From NCBI GenBank assembly GCA_964016885.1, contig CAXHJY010001129.1, forward strand, positions 22,122 to 86,121: a stretch of DNA of 64,000 bases, given 5' to 3'. This document shows positions 26,701 through 39,355 of the stretch, piece by piece. The notes under the pieces are model-generated. The model saw only the letters and a list, made by a program, of their open reading frames with translations. It ran no database searches and was not told the origin of the DNA. Numbering within the stretch: position 1 is the stretch's first letter; each line of letters starts with the position of its first letter. The position numbers and the translations under genes are program-made. This stretch comes from Eledone cirrhosa. Lineage: Eukaryota.

Positions 26701-29700
26701 GCACTACTAGCAGCCAGGTGTCACCTCACCTGTAATTACCACAGCACTACTACCAGCCAGGTGTCATCTCACCTGTAATTACCACAGCACTACTAGCAGC
26801 CAGGTGTCACCTCACCTGTAATTACCACAGCACTACTACCAGCCAGGTGTCACCTCACCTGTAATTAACACAGCACTACTACCAGCCAGGTGTCACCTCA
26901 CCTGTAATTACCACAGCACTACTACCAGCCAGGTGTCACCTCACCTGTAATTACCACAGCACTACTAGCAGCCAGGTGTCACCTCACCTGTAATTACCAC
27001 AGCACTACTAGCAGCCAGGTGTCACCTCACCTGTAATTACCACAGCACTACTACCAGCCAGGTGTCACCTCACCTGTAATTAACACAGCACTACTAGCAG
27101 CCAGGTGTCACCTCACCTGTAATTACCACAGCACTACTACCAGCCAGGTGTCACCTCACCTGTAATTAACACAGCACTACTACCAGCCAGGTGTCACCTC
27201 ACCTGTAATTAACACAGCACTACTAGCAGCCAGGTGTCACCTCACCTGTAATTAACACAGCACTACTACCAGCCAGGTGTCACCTCACCTGTAATTAACA
27301 CAGCACTACTACCAGCCAGGTGTCACCTCACCTGTAATTACCACAGCACTACTACCAGCCAGGTGTCACCTCACCTGTAATTAACACAGCACTACTAGCA
27401 GCCAGGTGTCACCTCACCTGTAATTACCACAGCACTACTACCAGCCAGGTGTCACCTCACCTGTAATTAACACAGCACTACTAGCAGCCAGGTGTCACCT
27501 CACCTGTAATTAACACAGCACTACTACCAGCCAGGTGTCACCTCACCTGTAATTACCAGCCAGGTGTCACCTCACCTGTAATTAACACAGCACTACTACC
27601 AGCCAGGTGTCACCTCACCTGTAATTAACACAGCACTACTAGCAGCCAGGTGTCACCTCACCTGTAATTACCATCCAGGTGTCACCTTACCTGTAATTAC
27701 CATCCAGGTGTCACCTCACCTGTAATTTCCATCCAGGTGTCACCTCACCTGTAATTTCCATCCAGGTGTCACCTCACCTGTAATTACCAGCCAGGTGTCA
27801 CCTCACCTGTAATTACCACAGCACTACTACCAGCCAGGTGTCACCTCACCTGTAATTACCACAGCACTACTACCAGCCAGGTGTCACCTCACCTGTAATT
27901 AACACAGCACTACTACCAGCCAGGTGTCACCTCACCTGTAATTAACACAGCACTACTACCAGCCAGGTGTCACCTCACCTGTAATTAACACAGCACTACT
28001 AGCAGCCAGGTGTCACCTCACCTGTAATTACCACAGCACTACTAGCAGCCAGGTGTCACCTCACCTGTAATTACCAGCCAGGTGTCACCTCACCTGTAAT
28101 TACCACAGCACTACTAGCAGCCAGGTGTCACCTCACCTGTAATTACCACAGCACTACTAGCAGCCAGGTGTCACCTCACCTGTAATTACCACAGCACTAC
28201 TACCAGCCAGGTGTCACCTCACCTGTAATTAACACAGCACTACTAGCAGCCAGGTGTCACCTCACCTGTAATTACCACAGCACTACTACCAGCCAGGTGT
28301 CACCTCACCTGTAATTAACACAGCACTACTACCAGCCAGGTGTCACCTCACCTGTAATTAACACAGCACTACTACCAGCCAGGTGTCACCACACCTGTAA
28401 TTAACACAGCACTACTACCAGCCAGGTGTCACCTCACCTGTAATTACCACAGCACTACTACCAGCCAGGTGTCACCTCACCTGTAATTACCACAGCACTA
28501 CTACCAGCCAGGTGTCACCTCACCTGTAATTACCACAGCACTACTACCAGCCAGGTGTCACCTCACCTGTAATTACCACAGCACTACTACCAGCCAGGTG
28601 TCACCTCACCTGTAATTACCACAGCACTACTACCAGCCAGGTGTCACCTCACCTGTAATTACCACAGCACTACTACCAGCCAGGTGTCACCTCACCTGTA
28701 ATTAACACAGCACTACTACCAGCCAGGTGTCACCTCACCTGTAATTACCACAGCACTACTACTACCAGCCAGGTGTCACCTCACCTGTAATTAACACAGC
28801 ACTACTAGCAGCCAGGTGTCACCTCACCTGTAATTAACACAGCACTACTACCAGCCAGGTGTCACCTCACCTGTAATTAACACAGCACTACTACTACTAG
28901 CCAGGTGTCACCTCACCTGTAATTAACACAGCACTACTAGCAGCCAGGTGTCACCTCACCTGTAATTACCAGCCAGGTGTCACCTCACCTGTAATTAACA
29001 CAGCACTACTAGCAGCCAGGTGTCACCTCACCTGTAATTACCACAGCACTACTACCAGCCAGGTGTCACCTCACCTGTAATTACCACAGCACTACTAGCA
29101 GCCAGGTGTCACCTCACCTGTAATTACCACAGCACTACTACCAGCCAGGTGTCACCTCACCTGTAATTAACACAGCACTACTAGCAGCCAGGTGTCACCT
29201 CACCTGTAATTACCACAGCACTACTACCAGCCAGGTGTCATCTCACCTGTAATTACCACAGCACTACTAGCAGCCAGGTGTCACCTCACCTGTAATTACC
29301 ACAGCACTACTACCAGCCAGGTGTCACCTCACCTGTAATTAACACAGCACTACTACCAGCCAGGTGTCACCTCACCTGTAATTACCACAGCACTACTACC
29401 AGCCAGGTGTCACCTCACCTGTAATTACCACAGCACTACTAGCAGCCAGGTGTCACCTCACCTGTAATTACCACAGCACTACTAGCAGCCAGGTGTCACC
29501 TCACCTGTAATTACCACAGCACTACTACCAGCCAGGTGTCACCTCACCTGTAATTAACACAGCACTACTAGCAGCCAGGTGTCACCTCACCTGTAATTAC
29601 CACAGCACTACTACCAGCCAGGTGTCACCTCACCTGTAATTAACACAGCACTACTACCAGCCAGGTGTCACCTCACCTGTAATTAACACAGCACTACTAG

Positions 29701-30442
29701 CAGCCAGGTGTCACCTCACCTGTAATTAACACAGCACTACTACCAGCCAGGTGTCACCTCACCTGTAATTAACACAGCACTACTACCAGCCAGGTGTCAC
29801 CTCACCTGTAATTACCACAGCACTACTACCAGCCAGGTGTCACCTCACCTGTAATTAACACAGCACTACTAGCAGCCAGGTGTCACCTCACCTGTAATTA
29901 CCACAGCACTACTACCAGCCAGGTGTCACCTCACCTGTAATTAACACAGCACTACTAGCAGCCAGGTGTCACCTCACCTGTAATTAACACAGCACTACTA
30001 CCAGCCAGGTGTCACCTCACCTGTAATTACCAGCCAGGTGTCACCTCACCTGTAATTAACACAGCACTACTACCAGCCAGGTGTCACCTCACCTGTAATT
30101 AACACAGCACTACTAGCAGCCAGGTGTCACCTCACCTGTAATTACCATCCAGGTGTCACCTTACCTGTAATTACCATCCAGGTGTCACCTCACCTGTAAT
30201 TTCCATCCAGGTGTCACCTCACCTGTAATTTCCATCCAGGTGTCACCTCACCTGTAATTACCAGCCAGGTGTCACCTTACCTGTAGTTTCCATCCAGGTG
30301 TCACCTTACCTGTAATTACCATCCAGGTGTTACCTTACCTGTAATTACCAGCCAGGTGTCACCTTACCTGTAATTACCATCCAGGTGTTACCTTACCTGT
30401 AATTACCAGCCAGGTGTTACCTTACCTGTAATTAACACACCT
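23740..30442. repeat. 43/29-bp satellite (~160 units, 6.7 kb)
   Basis: Unit CCAGCCAGGTGTCACCTCACCTGTAATTA(CCACAGCACTACTA). Confidence 0.97.
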
Positions 30443-30460
30443 GTTCCTCTCTACTTTCAG

Positions 30461-30591
30461 CCTGGTAACCGCTATATCATCTAAATGTGACCCTCACTTC
30501 TACGGCCCTACCTGTGAGGTTTATTGTAAACCTGGCCCTTCCCAACATTTTAACTGCGACCCAGTCACTGGCCAGAAGGGATGTCATGTAG
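30461..30591 (+). CDS. Delta-like gene, exon d (DSL domain)
   Basis: ctactttcag| acceptor; LVTAISSKCDPHFYGPTCEVYCKPGPSQHFNCDPVTGQKGCHVG has DSL cysteine spacing (C..xFYG..C..YC.....H..C...G.K.C..GW); G|gtaagt, phase 1. Confidence 0.92.
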
Positions 30592-30612
30592 GTAAGTGTC
30601 ATCTTTCTCTCT

Positions 30613-31200
30613 CATCATCATCATCATCATCATCATCGTTTAACGTCCATCTTCCACGCTTGCATGGGTTTGGACGGGAGTTTTCCCACTTGAGGCAAGA
30701 GTGGTTGTCTTGCTCGCATAGGACTGTCTGGCGGGTTTTCTACAGTTGGATGCCCTTCCTAACACCAACCTCATTTACAGTGAGTGCTGGGTGCTTTTTT
30801 GCCGTGGCACCTCCACGACCACTTTGCAGTGAGTGCTGGGTGCTTTTTTGCCGTGGCACTTCCACGACCACTTTACAGTGAGTGCTGGGTGCTTTTTTGC
30901 CGTGACACCTCCACGACCACTTTACAGTGAGTGGTGGGTGCTTTTTTGCCGTGGCACCTCCACAACCACTTTACAGTGTGGGCTGGGTGCTTGTTTTGCC
31001 GTGGCACCTCCACGTCCACTTTGCAGTGGAATGATATGGACCCCAGTCCCTATCATCTCATTTCTATAGCTGAGTAAACTGGAGCAATGTGAAATAAAGT
31101 GTCTTGCTCAAGAAAACAACACATCACCCGGTCTGAGAATTGAACTCACAACCTTTCGATTGCAAGACCATTGCTCTAACCACTAAGCCATGTGCCTCCA
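30613..31200 (-). mobile_element. tRNA-SINE with ~5 x 49-bp units and second-subfamily RTE tail
   Basis: Head ~31130-31200; tail matches 32690-32830. Confidence 0.88.
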
Positions 31201-31216
31201 TCTATATATATATATA

Positions 31217-31497
31217 TATCAAGAAAGAAGGGTGACACGGTTTGTTATACAATAAAGGTTTTATTCACATTGTTGACAATTGCTGACAATTGATCACCAA
31301 TACATAGTTGTAACCAGTCAATTCATCAGAGCTAGCGAGAATGCATTGATTGGTTACAAGTATGTATTGGTGATCAATTGACGTGAAAACAGGCGGGTAG
31401 CGATCTCTAGACCTACCAGTTCAGAGAAACAATTGTCAGCAATGTGAATAAAACCTTTATTGTATAGCAAACCATGTCACTCTTCTTTCTTGATATC
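31217..31497. repeat. Inverted-repeat element with split family-C-like hammerhead halves
   Basis: Arms 31217-31280 and 31430-31497; CTGATGA on minus (31324-31330), GAAACAATTGTCAGC on plus (31426-31440). Confidence 0.65.
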
Positions 31498-31499
31498 TA

Positions 31500-31785
31500 T
31501 CTAAGGCGGGTAAAATTCCCGAGATCCATGGACGAGTTCTCTCCAGCGGTCTCTGTCCCTCATTATCGCTGCCATGTCCTGCATCTCCAACAGACCAGTG
31601 TCTGACCTTAGGGCATCAACATACGTTAACCTTGGTCTTCCTCTTCTAGTGTGTCCATGTAGGGGCTCCCAAAGGAGCACTGAGTGCAATGTCAACTCTG
31701 GATGTCGGTGAGCATGTCCAGCTAACCTCAGTCTCTTCTGTGTCACTTTTGAGCTGACTTTTGGGATGCTCCCATACAGCTCTTG
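31500..31785 (-). mobile_element. Third-family LINE 3' end
   Basis: ORF 31501..31842 ending ...WRELVHGSREFYPP*, followed directly by a TAGA-type tail. Confidence 0.88.
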
Positions 31786-31789
31786 ATAT

Positions 31790-32830
31790 ATATATATATG
31801 CACCGGTGTTCTGGTGCAATAAGTAGCAGCAAGTGCCCACAAAATACTAGCTCTTTCAATTGCGCAGAGGGTTCTATAGAAATAGTGGACAGCTTCCGTT
31901 ACCTGGGCGATAAAATCAGCAGTGGGGGAGGGTGCTCTGAAAGTACTGTAGCTAGAGTCAGAACTGGTTGGAAAACGTTCAGAGAGCTTATACCACTATT
32001 AGCTGCTAAAGGGTTCTCCCTAAAAATGAAAGGCAGGTTGTACGATGCCTGCATACGAACAGCAATGTTGCATGGTAGTGAGACCTGGGCATTGTGTGCA
32101 GAGGATATACGCAGACTAGAGAGGAACGAAGCTTGCATGCTCCGCTGGATGTGTAACAGTAATATACGTGAACGGCAAAGCATAAACGAACTAAGGAAAA
32201 AATTAGAGATAAGAGGGATCAGATGTTGTTTACTCGAGAGAAGGCTGCGTTGGTATGGACACGTGATGCGCATGAAAGTCGATAGCTGTATTACAAAGTG
32301 CAGGGCAATAAAGATAGACAGTAGCCACGGAATAGGCAGACCTAGAAAAACATGGGATGAGCTGATAAACTCCGACCTCACACACTTACACCTCTCCAAG
32401 ACAATGTCACTGGACCGAGACCTTTGGCGGTACTCAGTAACAGAGAAGACCCGCCTTGCCAGTAGGCATCTCTAACAAAATACACCCCGTCCCGCCACCA
32501 CCCCCACCCCATCCACACCACCCCGTTCTATGTAAAGTTATGTTGGTGCCGCGCCATCCAGGCCGAAACAAATGAGATCGTGTAGGTGTCACGACAAAAA
32601 AACACACAGTCCACGCTGTAATGTGGCCGTGTAGGCAACACGGTAAAAACCTCCCAGACCCACACTGTAAATGTGGTTGGTGTTAGGAAGGGCATCCAAC
32701 TGTAGAAAACCTGCCAGACAGTCCTATGCGAGCAAGACAATCACTCTTGCCTCAAGTGGGACTACCCCCGTCCAAACCCATGCAATCGTGGAACACGGAC
32801 GTTAAACGTTGATGATGATGATGATGATGA
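31790..32830 (+). mobile_element. 5'-truncated RTE LINE (second subfamily)
   Basis: ORF 31783..32475 (VDSFRYLGD...MLHGSETW...RRLRWYGHV); UTR; GAT tail. Confidence 0.93.
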
Positions 32831-33287
32831 TATATATATATATACAATGATATTAAATAAATGGAAACTATATTTATAAAAGAATTAAAACCAAAATTAA
32901 ATAGAAAATATTTATAAAAGAATTAAAACCAAAATTAAATAGAAAATATGAGTGGAACAGCAACATCACAACTTACAATTAAGGACAAAATGAAAACACA
33001 CACACACATAGAACAAACAACTTACAATTGAAAACACACACAAAATGAAAACACACACAAGACAAAATGAAAACACACACACACATAGAACAAACAACCA
33101 ACCAACAATAAATAAATAAATAAACAAACAAATAGAAAAATATAAATAGATAAATAGAAAAATGAACACAAACACACACAGACACCCGGATGTGGCGCAT
33201 GCGCAAACTGAGCACGCAACCCCCACACAAACAAAATGGCGTAGGATAGAAGAAAGGAAAGGCACAGAAACGAAGAACGAAATCCCC

Positions 33288-33332
33288 AGTCACTGAAGAG
33301 GTCACAGAGTGTGTGACGAAAGAACTATGACT
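33288..33332 (+). ncRNA. Minimal hammerhead motif, family B
   Basis: AGTCA-CTGAAGA-G-GTCACA-GAGTG-TGTGAC-GAAA-GAAC-TA-TGACT; stems I and II pair perfectly. Confidence 0.72.
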
Positions 33333-33504
33333 ATATATATATAAACAACTATCTGGTTGTGGAACCAACCAACCAGAAATTTATAAATTTGTAAATTTAT
33401 AAATATTTAATAAATTAAATTGAAGTGAAAGCAACTGGTGCGTGTGTTTCTTATTGGCAACATGACCCTCCCAAAGTATAACAATATATTTATAAAACCA
33501 TATT

Positions 33505-33566
33505 TATTCTATTATATATATTTCAAGGGTACCAAAAATTTTGGTACGCTTTCATCAGATAAAATA
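33505..33566 (-). ncRNA. Hammerhead motif, family A (left arm)
   Basis: Reverse complement of 33754-33814. Confidence 0.7.
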
Positions 33567-33753
33567 TGAAGTGTGTTTTATAAATGTTGACATAACCAAG
33601 GAGAATATACGTTAAGGGTTCAAATTGTCCCTGGATAGTGAAGAGAAAAGTCAGATATTTCAAGCTATTAAGATGAGTATTCCTTAACGGTTCAAGTTTT
33701 CCTTAAGGTATATTCTCTTTGGTTATGTCAAAATTATTATAAAACACACTTCA

Positions 33754-33814
33754 TATTTTATCTGATGAGAGCGTACCAAAGTTTTGGTACCCTTGAAATA
33801 TATATAATAGAATA
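33754..33814 (+). ncRNA. Hammerhead motif, family A (right arm)
   Basis: TATTTTAT-CTGATGA-GAGC-GTACCAAA-GT-TTTGGTAC-CCTT-GAAA-TATATA-TA-ATAGAATA. Confidence 0.75.
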
Positions 33815-33902
33815 AATATGGTTTTGTAAATATAGTTTCCATTTATTTAATATCATTGAATATCATTGAATAACTGAAATTCTATTTCTCCTCTTTACCC
33901 AG

Positions 33903-34025
33903 GGTGGACATCTGCAAACTGCAGTGTCAGTGAAAACGACTGCAAGCATCATAACTGCATGAACTTTGCTACCTGTGTGGACAAACATAGAAAATATGTT
34001 TGTGTGTGTCTCCCAGGATATACAG
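33903..34025 (+). CDS. Delta-like gene, exon e (DSL end + EGF1)
   Basis: tacccag| acceptor, phase 1; WTSANCSVSENDCKHHNCMNFATCVDKHRKYVCVCLPGYTG; G|gtaagg. Confidence 0.93.
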
Positions 34026-34199
34026 GTAAGGCCTCAGCTCTTTCAGAAGATCCCACTTTAGGGTGAAAGCAGAAATTGCTTGCTCAAATAGAATTTTGTA
34101 TGGGCAGCTTTCAATTGAAACAAGGAAGTACTAACGTCAAAAGGAGTTTCCTATCATTTGAAGGCTAAGATCTTTGATAATTGCATCCTACCGTGTCTG

Positions 34200-36945
34200 G
34201 CCAGAATTCTCTCATCTCCCTCTGTTTAAACTAGCTGTAACTGCCCCTTCATACTTCTGTTAACCCCTTAGCATTTAAACCTGCTGAAATTTTCTCTCCT
34301 CTTTCTGTTTAAACCAGTCGTAACTGGCCCCTCATACTTCTGTTAACCCTTTAGCATTTAAACCAGCTGGAATTTTCTCTCCTCTTTCTGTTTAAACCAG
34401 TCATAACTGGCCCCTCATACTTCTGTTAACCCTTTAACATTTAAACCAGCTGCAATTTTCTCTCCTCTTTCTGTTTAAACCGGTCGTAACTGGCCCCTCA
34501 TACTTCTGTTAACCCTTTAGCATTTAAACCAGCTGCAATTTTCTCTCCTCTTTCAGTTTAAACCAGTCGTAACTGGCCCCTTATACTTCTGTTAACCCCT
34601 TAGCATTTAAACCAGCTGGAATTTTCTCTCCTCTTTCTGTTTAAACCAGTCGTAACTGGCCCCTCATACTTCTGTTAACCCTTTAGCATTTAAACCAGCT
34701 GGAATTTTCTCTCCTCTTTCTGTTTAAACCAGTCGTAACTGGCCCCTCATACTTCTGTTAACCCTTTAGCATTTAAACCAGCTGGAATTTTCTCTCCTCT
34801 TTCTGTTTAAACCAGTCGTAACTGGCCCCTCATACTTCTGTTAACCCTTTAGCATTTAAACCAGCTGGAATTTTCTCTCCTCTTTCTGTTTAAACCAGTC
34901 ATAACTGGCCCCTCATACTTCTGTTAACCCTTTAGCATTTAAACCAGCTGGAATTTTCTCTCCTCTTTCTGTTTAAACCAGCCGTAACTGGCCCCTCAGA
35001 CTTCTGTTAACCCCTTAACATTAAACCAGCTGGAATTTTCTCTCCTCTTTCTGTTTAAACCAGTCGTAACTGGCCCCTCATACTTCTGTTAACCCCTTAG
35101 CATTTAAACCAGCTGGAATTTTCTCTCCTCTTTCTGTTTAAACCAGTTGTAACTGGCCCCTCATACTTCTGTTAACCCTTTAGCATTTAAACCAGCTGGA
35201 ATTTTCTCTCCTCTTTCTGTTTAAACCAGTCGTAACTGGCCCCTCATACTTCTGTTAACCCTTTAGCATTTAAACCAGCTGGAATTTTCTCTCCTCTTTC
35301 TGTTTAAACCAGTCGTAACTGGCCCCTCATACTTCTGTTAACCCTTTAGCATTTAAACCAGCTGGAATTTTCTCTCCTCTTTCTGTTTAAACCAGTCATA
35401 ACTGGCCCCTCATACTTCTGTTAACCCTTTAGCATTTAAACCAGCTGGAATTTTCTCTCCTCTTTCTGTTTAAACCAGCCGTAACTGGCCCCTCAGACTT
35501 CTGTTAACCCCTTAACATTAAACCAGCTGGAATTTTCTCTCCTCTTTCTGTTTAAACCAGTCGTAACTGCCCCCTCATACTTCTGTTAACCCTTTAGCAT
35601 TTAAACCAGCTGGAATTTTCTCTCCTCTTTCTGTTTAAACCAGTCGTAACTGGCCCCTCATACTTATGTTAACCCTTTAGCATTTAAACCAGCTGGAATT
35701 TTCTCACCTCTTTCTGTCTAAACCAGCTGTAACTGGCCTCTCATACTTATGTTAACCCCTTAGCATTTAAACCGGTTAGATCCGGCCAGAATTCTCTCCT
35801 CTTTCTTTTTAAACCAGCTGAAACTGGCCCCTCATACTTCTGTTAACCCTTTAGCATTTAAACCAGCTGGAATTTTCTCTCCTCTTTCTGTTTAAACCAG
35901 TCATAACTGGCCCCTCATACTTCTGTTAACCCTTTAGCATTTAAACCAGCTGGAATTTTCTCTCCTCTTTCTGTTTAAACCAGCCGTAACTGGCCCCTCA
36001 GACTTCTGTTAACCCCTTAACATTAAACCAGCTGGAATTTTCTCTCCTCTTTCTGTTTAAACCAGTCGTAACTGGCCCCTCATACTTCTGTTAACCCTTT
36101 AGCATTTAAACCAGCTGGAATTTTCTCTCCTCTTTCTGTTTAAACCAGTCGTAACTGGCCCCTCATACTTATGTTAACCCTTTAGCATTTAAACCAGCTG
36201 GAATTTTCTCACCTCTTTCTGTCTAAACCAGCTGTAACTGGCCTCTCATACTTATGTTAACCCTTTAGCATTTAAACCGGTTATATCCGGCCAGAATTCT
36301 CTCCTCTTTCTGTTTAAACCAGCTGAAACTGGCCCCTCATACTTCTGTTAACCCTTTAACATTTAAACCGGTTAGATCCAGCCAGAATTCTCTCCTCTTT
36401 CTGTTTAAACCAGCTGAAACTGGCCCCTCATACTTATGTTAACCCTTTAGCATTTAAACCGGTTAGATCCAGCCAGAATTCTCTCACCTCTTTCTGTTTA
36501 AACCAGCTGAAACTGGCTGATCATACTTATGTTAACCCTTTAGCATTTAAACCAGCTGGAATTTTCTCTCCTCTTTCTGTTTAAACCAGCTGAAACTGGC
36601 CCCTCATACTTATGTTAACCCCTTAGCATTTAAACCGGTTATATCCGGCCAGAATTCTCTCCTCTTTCTGTTTAAACCAGCTGAAACTGGCCCCTCATAC
36701 TTATGTTAACCCCTTAGCATTTAAACCGGTTATATCCGGCCAGAATTCTCTCACCTCTTTCTGTTTATACCAGCTGTAACTGGCCCCTCATACTTATGTT
36801 AACCCCTTACCATTTAAACCGGTTATATCCGGCCAGAATTCTCTCCTCTTTCTGTTTAAACCAACTGTAACTGGCCCCTCATACTTATGTTAACCCCTTA
36901 GCATTTAAACCGGTTCTATCCGGCCAGAATTCTCTCCCCTTTCTC
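34200..36945. repeat. 83-bp minisatellite (~33 units) built from a TTAACCCTTTAGCATT MITE-like end
   Basis: 83-bp period; a solo monomer lies on the minus strand at 43550-43649. Confidence 0.93.
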
Positions 36946-36974
36946 TGTTCAATATAATTTCTCCTAACCCTCAG

Positions 36975-37216
36975 GTCGATTCTGTGAGAGAGATGTAAAA
37001 GAATGCCTGTCGGACCCCTGCGTCAATAATGGCACCTGCATCGATGAGGTCGGAGCATTCCATTGTAACTGCATGGAGGGATGGACAGGTGGCAGCTGTG
37101 AAACCAGCGTTGACGACTGTCAGTCGGAGCCTTGCCGCAACAACGCCACCTGTACTGACCAACACAACAGCTACCAGTGTGAATGTCTGGATGGCTGGAC
37201 AGGTGACAACTGCCAG
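36975..37216 (+). CDS. Delta-like gene, exon f (EGF2-3)
   Basis: ccctcag| acceptor; RFCERDVKECLSDPCVNNGTCIDEVGAFHCNCMEGWTGGSCETSVDDCQSEPCRNNATCTDQHNSYQCECLDGWTGDNCQ; CAG|gtaagt, phase 0. Confidence 0.95.
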
Positions 37217-37326
37217 GTAAGTGAAGGGGGATGGGTCGGTGGTGTGGAGTGTGTGGGGGTGGTATTAAATTATGGTGTGCTTTCATCAGACAAAATACAA
37301 TATAGATCAGTTACTGATCTATATTG

Positions 37327-37391
37327 TATTTTGTCTGATGAAAGCACACCATAATTTAACGTGGTGTCCTTGAAATATGTATAATGAAATA
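37327..37391 (+). ncRNA. Hammerhead motif, family A
   Basis: TATTTTGT-CTGATGA-AAGCACACCAT..GTGGTGTCCTT-GAAA-TATGTA-TA-ATGAAATA; preceded by an inverted partial copy (37265-37310). Confidence 0.7.
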
Positions 37392-37540
37392 AATATGGTT
37401 TAATAAATATAGTTTCCATTTGTTAATATTGTATGTTTACTCCAAATACTTGTTGAGTGCTTTATATCAGTTATAAAAATATTTGCTTGTTGTATCCCAA
37501 CAATTTAAATAGAACTTTTGCATATATATATAAGTGTATA

Positions 37541-37575
<35 letters not shown>

Positions 37576-37688
37576 GTGTGTATATATATATATGTGTATA
37601 TATATATGTATATATATATATATATATGTGTATATATATATATATATGTGTATATATATATATATATATGTGTGTATATATATATATA

Positions 37689-37719
<31 letters not shown>

Positions 37720-37874
37720 GTGTATATATATATATTTAAAAAAAATTTTTTTTTTTTTATTTATTATTATTATTACTATTATTACTATTATTTTTATTTT
37801 TTTTATTTTATTTTTTATTTATTTTTTTTTTTTCTTGTGCAATGGCCATACTCGATAACGAGGGGGCAGCCATC

Positions 37875-37920
<46 letters not shown>

Positions 37921-37937
37921 TTTCTTTCTCTTGCCAG

Positions 37938-38555
37938 ACTAACATTGATGACTGTGCCCTGGTTCCGTGTGAGGAGGGCGCCACCTGCGTGGACGAGGTT
38001 GCAGGGTTTCGCTGTATCTGCGCCACGGGGTACACGGGGGAGCTGTGTCAGGTGCAGATCAATGAATGCCTGGAGGGCGTCGTCGAGGGCGCCAACAACC
38101 CCTGCCAACACAACTCGACGTGCCGCGACACCGACGGCGGCTACGAATGCGAGTGCACGGCGGGCTACGAGGGGCCCGACTGCGCCGCCGACACGGACGA
38201 CTGCGCCGCGCCGCACGCCTGCCGGAACGGCGCCATCTGCCTGGACTTCGTCGCCGACTTCAAGTGCGTCTGCTTCGGCGGCTGGACGGGGCCCACCTGC
38301 GCCGAGCGCGACCTCTGCCTCGACAACGACTGCGGCGCGAACGCGACGTGCGTCGGGCGACCCCTGCAGGGGAGCTACGAGTGCGCCTGCTCCCTGGGTT
38401 GGGGCGGACCCCAGTGCGACGTGCCCATGGAGCCGTGCGTCGTGAACGCCTGCTCAAATAACGGCTCTTGCTACCAGGAGAAGGACCCTGAGGTGAACAG
38501 CCAAGGGCGCTTCACGTGCACCTGCACTGATGAGTGGACCGGACCGACCTGTGAG
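37938..38555 (+). CDS. Delta-like gene, exon g (EGF4-8), ending at a GC donor
   Basis: ttgccag| acceptor; five EGF repeats [11 protein letters not shown]...WTGPTCE (inside ORF 37842..38690); ends GAG|gcaagt, phase 0. Confidence 0.92.
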
Positions 38556-38614
38556 GCAAGTAGCATATTTTGTGGTCTGATCTGTCACATACATACACAC
38601 ACACATATACATAC

Positions 38615-38689
<75 letters not shown>

Positions 38690-38737
38690 AATATATATAA
38701 ATATATATAAATATATATAAATATATATATATATATA

Positions 38738-38791
<54 letters not shown>

Positions 38792-38909
38792 TATATAAAT
38801 ATATATAAATATATATAAATATATATAAATACATATAAATATATATAAATATATATAAATACATATATTTATATATATTTATATATATATATTTATATAT
38901 ATTTATATA

Positions 38910-39122
<213 letters not shown>

Positions 39123-39225
39123 TTATATATATTTATATATATAAATATTTATATATATTTATATATATTTATATATATATATACAATATTAAATAAATGG
39201 AAAACTATATTTATAAAACCATATT

Positions 39226-39291
39226 TATTTCATTATATATATTTCGGGGATATCATATTAACAATATGCTATGCCTTCATCAGACAAAATA
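39226..39291 (-). ncRNA. Hammerhead motif, family A (left arm)
   Basis: Reverse complement of 39356-39421. Confidence 0.68.
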
Positions 39292-39355
39292 CAATATAAA
39301 CAGTTTTATAGATAAATATATTCGACATACCGTAATAAACATCAACTTCATATTG

